Assembly (NCBI RefSeq): GCF_006345805.1
Contig: NC_042998.1
Coordinates: forward strand, 105,028,001 to 105,092,000
Source: Octopus sinensis
Taxonomy: Eukaryota
Length of the DNA: 64,000 bases
Direction: 5' to 3'
Shown here: one piece after another, positions 63,381-64,000 of the stretch
Layout: each line of letters starts with the position of its first letter
How positions within the stretch are numbered: position 1 is the first letter of the stretch
Made by a program: the position numbers and the translations under genes
Notes under the pieces: model-generated
The model's database searches: none
What the model was told of the DNA's origin: nothing
What the model saw: the letters and a program-made list of their open reading frames with translations, nothing else

Positions 63381-64000
63381 CACACACACACACACATACA
63401 TACAAACAGATAGATGGATATGTATGTATAAATGCATGTATATGTGTATATAATAAATGATAAATACATACATACACACACGTGTTATACATTATAATAC
63501 ATACATATATACACATAATATATATTATGCATGTAATATATGTATTATCTATATGTGTTTCACACACATATAGACATACGTACACACATGGTCATACATA
63601 CATACATACATGCATACTCTTACATACCTCACACCTTTGACTTTTATCTGTGTCACATTCCTCTTTCTCACCTCTTTCCACTTCACATCATCTGCTTATT
63701 TCTACAATTTTAACTATAGATTACATTATACTGCTATTCTACACCCACTTTTTGTACTGCCACTTATCATTTCTTCCTTCTTGACCCATTCTTATTTCTT
63801 TCACCTTCCCCCAACTAAACTAATATTCACCATCGACCATGCCTCCACCCTTATTCCCTATTCCCTTCATTCACTTCTAACCCTATCTCTAACCAACTGT
63901 CACTTTTTTTCCAAAGCCTCATGAATTTACCCACCTTTTCTGATACATGATACCCTGTGACTATTCTTCATTAAATTCACATTTTTGTGCTTTGAGGGTA

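Noticed and set aside
996-63924. Most supplied ORFs (YIYI, CVCV, HTHT, LSIY, poly-D/N/H/I)
   Set aside because: They are translations of microsatellites or SINE bodies; recurring peptides such as IVEDTCPRCHAVGLNPEPCG are antisense SINE A sequence

Overview
AT-rich, repeat-dominated animal genomic DNA. It is most likely from an octopus or other coleoid cephalopod; this is inferred from the SINE families and microsatellite density, not verified. No complete protein-coding gene is present, and almost all supplied ORFs are microsatellite or SINE artefacts. Contents: (i) about 35 tRNA-derived SINE copies in three families (A, B, C); (ii) RTE, CR1 and R4/Dong-like LINE fragments; (iii) three dead Tc1/mariner transposons (two DD34D mariner, one DD37D maT), plus a pogo-like and a piggyBac-like MITE; (iv) a 1.5-kb Helitron with apparently both termini; (v) several weakly supported candidate exons on both strands. 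The most notable signal, which the ORF track does not show, is a set of at least six minimal type I hammerhead-ribozyme motifs in several short, probably Penelope-like elements. One has every conserved core nucleotide (3691-3768). Another lies in a perfect 60-bp-arm palindrome (7307-7428). A separate fold-back (3873-4060) is mirrored through stem II of a hammerhead. All pairings and translations were done by eye, and SINE/LINE boundaries are approximate.
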